Assembly (NCBI GenBank): GCA_964304625.1
Contig: OZ199839.1
Location: 11,577,236 to 11,599,249, forward strand
DNA: 22,014 bases
Source: Kudoa neothunni
Lineage: Eukaryota > Animalia > Cnidaria
Reading direction: 5' to 3'
Positions 20,186-22,014 of the stretch are shown here, piece by piece. Position 1 is the stretch's first letter, and each line of letters opens with the position of its first letter. The notes below the pieces were generated by a model. It did no database searches, was not told where the DNA came from, and saw only the letters and a list, made by a program, of their open reading frames with translations. A program made the position numbers and the translations under genes.

Positions 20186-21026
20186 CAATCAAAACTCGAT
20201 TATACGGGAAATTTGGAACCAGCGATTTTCACTCCAGATAGCGAGGTTCCGGTTAATCGAATGCAGAAGCTATTTGCATAATTAAATTTAATCCTAAACG
20301 TCAAGTCCGCTTGTACAAAAAGAAATTTTAATCTAAGCAACTCAAACTTACAAGTTGTTTATAGGTTTAATTTTTTAGAATCTGCTATATTTAATTATTT
20401 CCGGTCCCTAAGAGCGGAACTGTTGATCGGAAAGAATTAAATATAGGCAAAACTAATGCCACCAGAATATTATTTATCGTGGCAACTGCACGATTGGGTT
20501 ATTGAAATTTCTACTTAAAGAATTTTTTATTTGATTTATAGATAATTTGGCTTTTAAAATTTAAATTAAATATAATGGCATATCTATTAACCAATAACAT
20601 GGAGACTTAAAGAAAAAACAGTACATAATTAAAGAAGGAAAACACGTCTACAAAGAAGTAATCCACTTATTTAAATAATCGGTAGCTAATGTTTATTTAA
20701 AATAAATACATGTTTACCTTCAAACTAGTATCAATTTATATAAGAACTGAATGCTTAACTTAAATTTTAAATGAGAAATTTATGAATAATTAACCTAGAA
20801 GTATTTTTGTTTAAAATATTGCATTGGTATATATGTTACATTGTATATATCGGGAGTAGATTGGTGGTACTTTTATCCAGAATTATGATTAAATAGCTGT
20901 TCCAATTTTAGATTATCGAAATTCCGGATAATCGAATATTTATCAACACGTAATTTCAATAAAATCCAAATAAAATTTAAAATATCTTCTGTATAGTGCG
21001 AATTCAAGATTATCGAGGTTGGCCTG
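20186..21026. mobile_element. Remnant(s) of non-autonomous pogo/Tigger-type MITE
   Basis: The left end is CAATCAAAACTCGATTAT and the reverse-complemented right end is TA|CAGGCCAACCTCGATAAT. Repeated TTCCGG(A/T)TAATCGAA boxes occur at ~20247 and ~20922. These could be two separate fragments. Confidence 0.45.
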
Positions 21027-22014
21027 TATTAGTAATAGCGAAATAATTTATTTATTTATTATTTTGTTACTCTGTGTTTTTATGTATTTTGAATAAAATA
21101 GAATTAACACAGTGAGAGCCATTAATCCGTCCAAGTTTAAATGGTGTTAATATTTTGGCTCTTTCTCGTTTTTTGTTTCTGCCCGATAGAGATAATTTCA
21201 ATTCTATTTTTAAAGAAGAGAAAATGACTGCAGGCAGTTTAATTTAAATTAAGGTAAATCATTTGTTTTGTTAAGTCTGTTGAAATGATGCATACAAATG
21301 ATGTTGAGATAAAAATCATTTTTTATATACTTGGATATGCAAACATGTTTTATTTTAATGACATTTTTTGATGTCTTCACCATTGGTCATCTTATCGAGA
21401 ATTTTAAAATATATCATCCCATATTTATTCATGGTCGATTCAACCTGAATATTTATACATCGTTCAAATGTAACAATGAAATGACAAAATATTTCTAGCT
21501 GAGCTCTCCCTTAACTATCTCATATCCGAAAATGAGACCTCAATTTTAAATTTTAAATATTTATCTTTTGTTTCTTATTCAAATTTCATGGTCTTTGGCA
21601 TATGTGAATCTCGTTTTAATGATAGATTCATAGTTTCTTCTCTTAGGAATCTGGATAGTGGATTTAATAATGTAAAGGGAGTTGCATATAATCCTATAAA
21701 CTGCGCGTAGGTTTGTCTAAATTCTAAACTTTTCGTTTATTGTTCTTATGTGATTGTTCAGTCGTAATAGGAAATTACAGTCTATCAAAGATAAAATATT
21801 CAATTTTCTATCATCTCCATGCTTCTGAATCTTTACTACGCCTTTTTTATTGTAATATAATGAAAGCGTCTCAACAGCTTAAAAATTATCCTTTAAAATA
21901 TTATTTATTATCAATACATTCTTATCATTTTTTAAACTAATTTTTGAGTGTATTAAACCTTGTTTTAAACTATGAGAATAGCTGAAATTCTAAATGAACT
22001 GAAAATTCGTAGTA

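Noticed and set aside
13872-21940. Track ORFs 13872-14150, 17547-17759, 19190-19420 and 21740-21940
   Set aside because: TTG-started, rich in I/K/F/N/L as expected from random AT-rich DNA, with no motif or splice support. 13872-14150 may be the tail of the MULE relic.

Overview
AT-rich eukaryotic (metazoan) genomic DNA, roughly 25-30% GC by eye, with very short GT-AG introns (mostly 34-54 nt). This suggests a compact, fast-evolving parasite genome such as a myxozoan or orthonectid, but that is inference only. Two intact spliced genes can be rebuilt by hand. One is an unusually divergent mago nashi (minus strand, 6 exons, 146 aa). The other is a secreted five-Kunitz-domain protein (plus strand, 6 exons, 402 aa) in which only one domain keeps all six cysteines. 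Largely invisible to the ORF track are three degenerate GDA1/CD39 (NTPDase/apyrase)-like loci (about 1-1932, 4520-5740 and 14261-15960) plus an inverted partial duplicate (about 5845-6177). Their Cys scaffold and motif order follow CD39, but the apyrase catalytic motifs are eroded and the copies carry varying numbers of lesions. The remaining space holds DNA-transposon relics (pogo/Tigger with intact TIRs, piggyBac, two Mutator-type transposases, a hAT end), a compound GTAAATAT(GAT)n array, a 15-bp tandem repeat and two hairpins. All family assignments come from manual translation compared with sequences recalled from memory; no database search was run.
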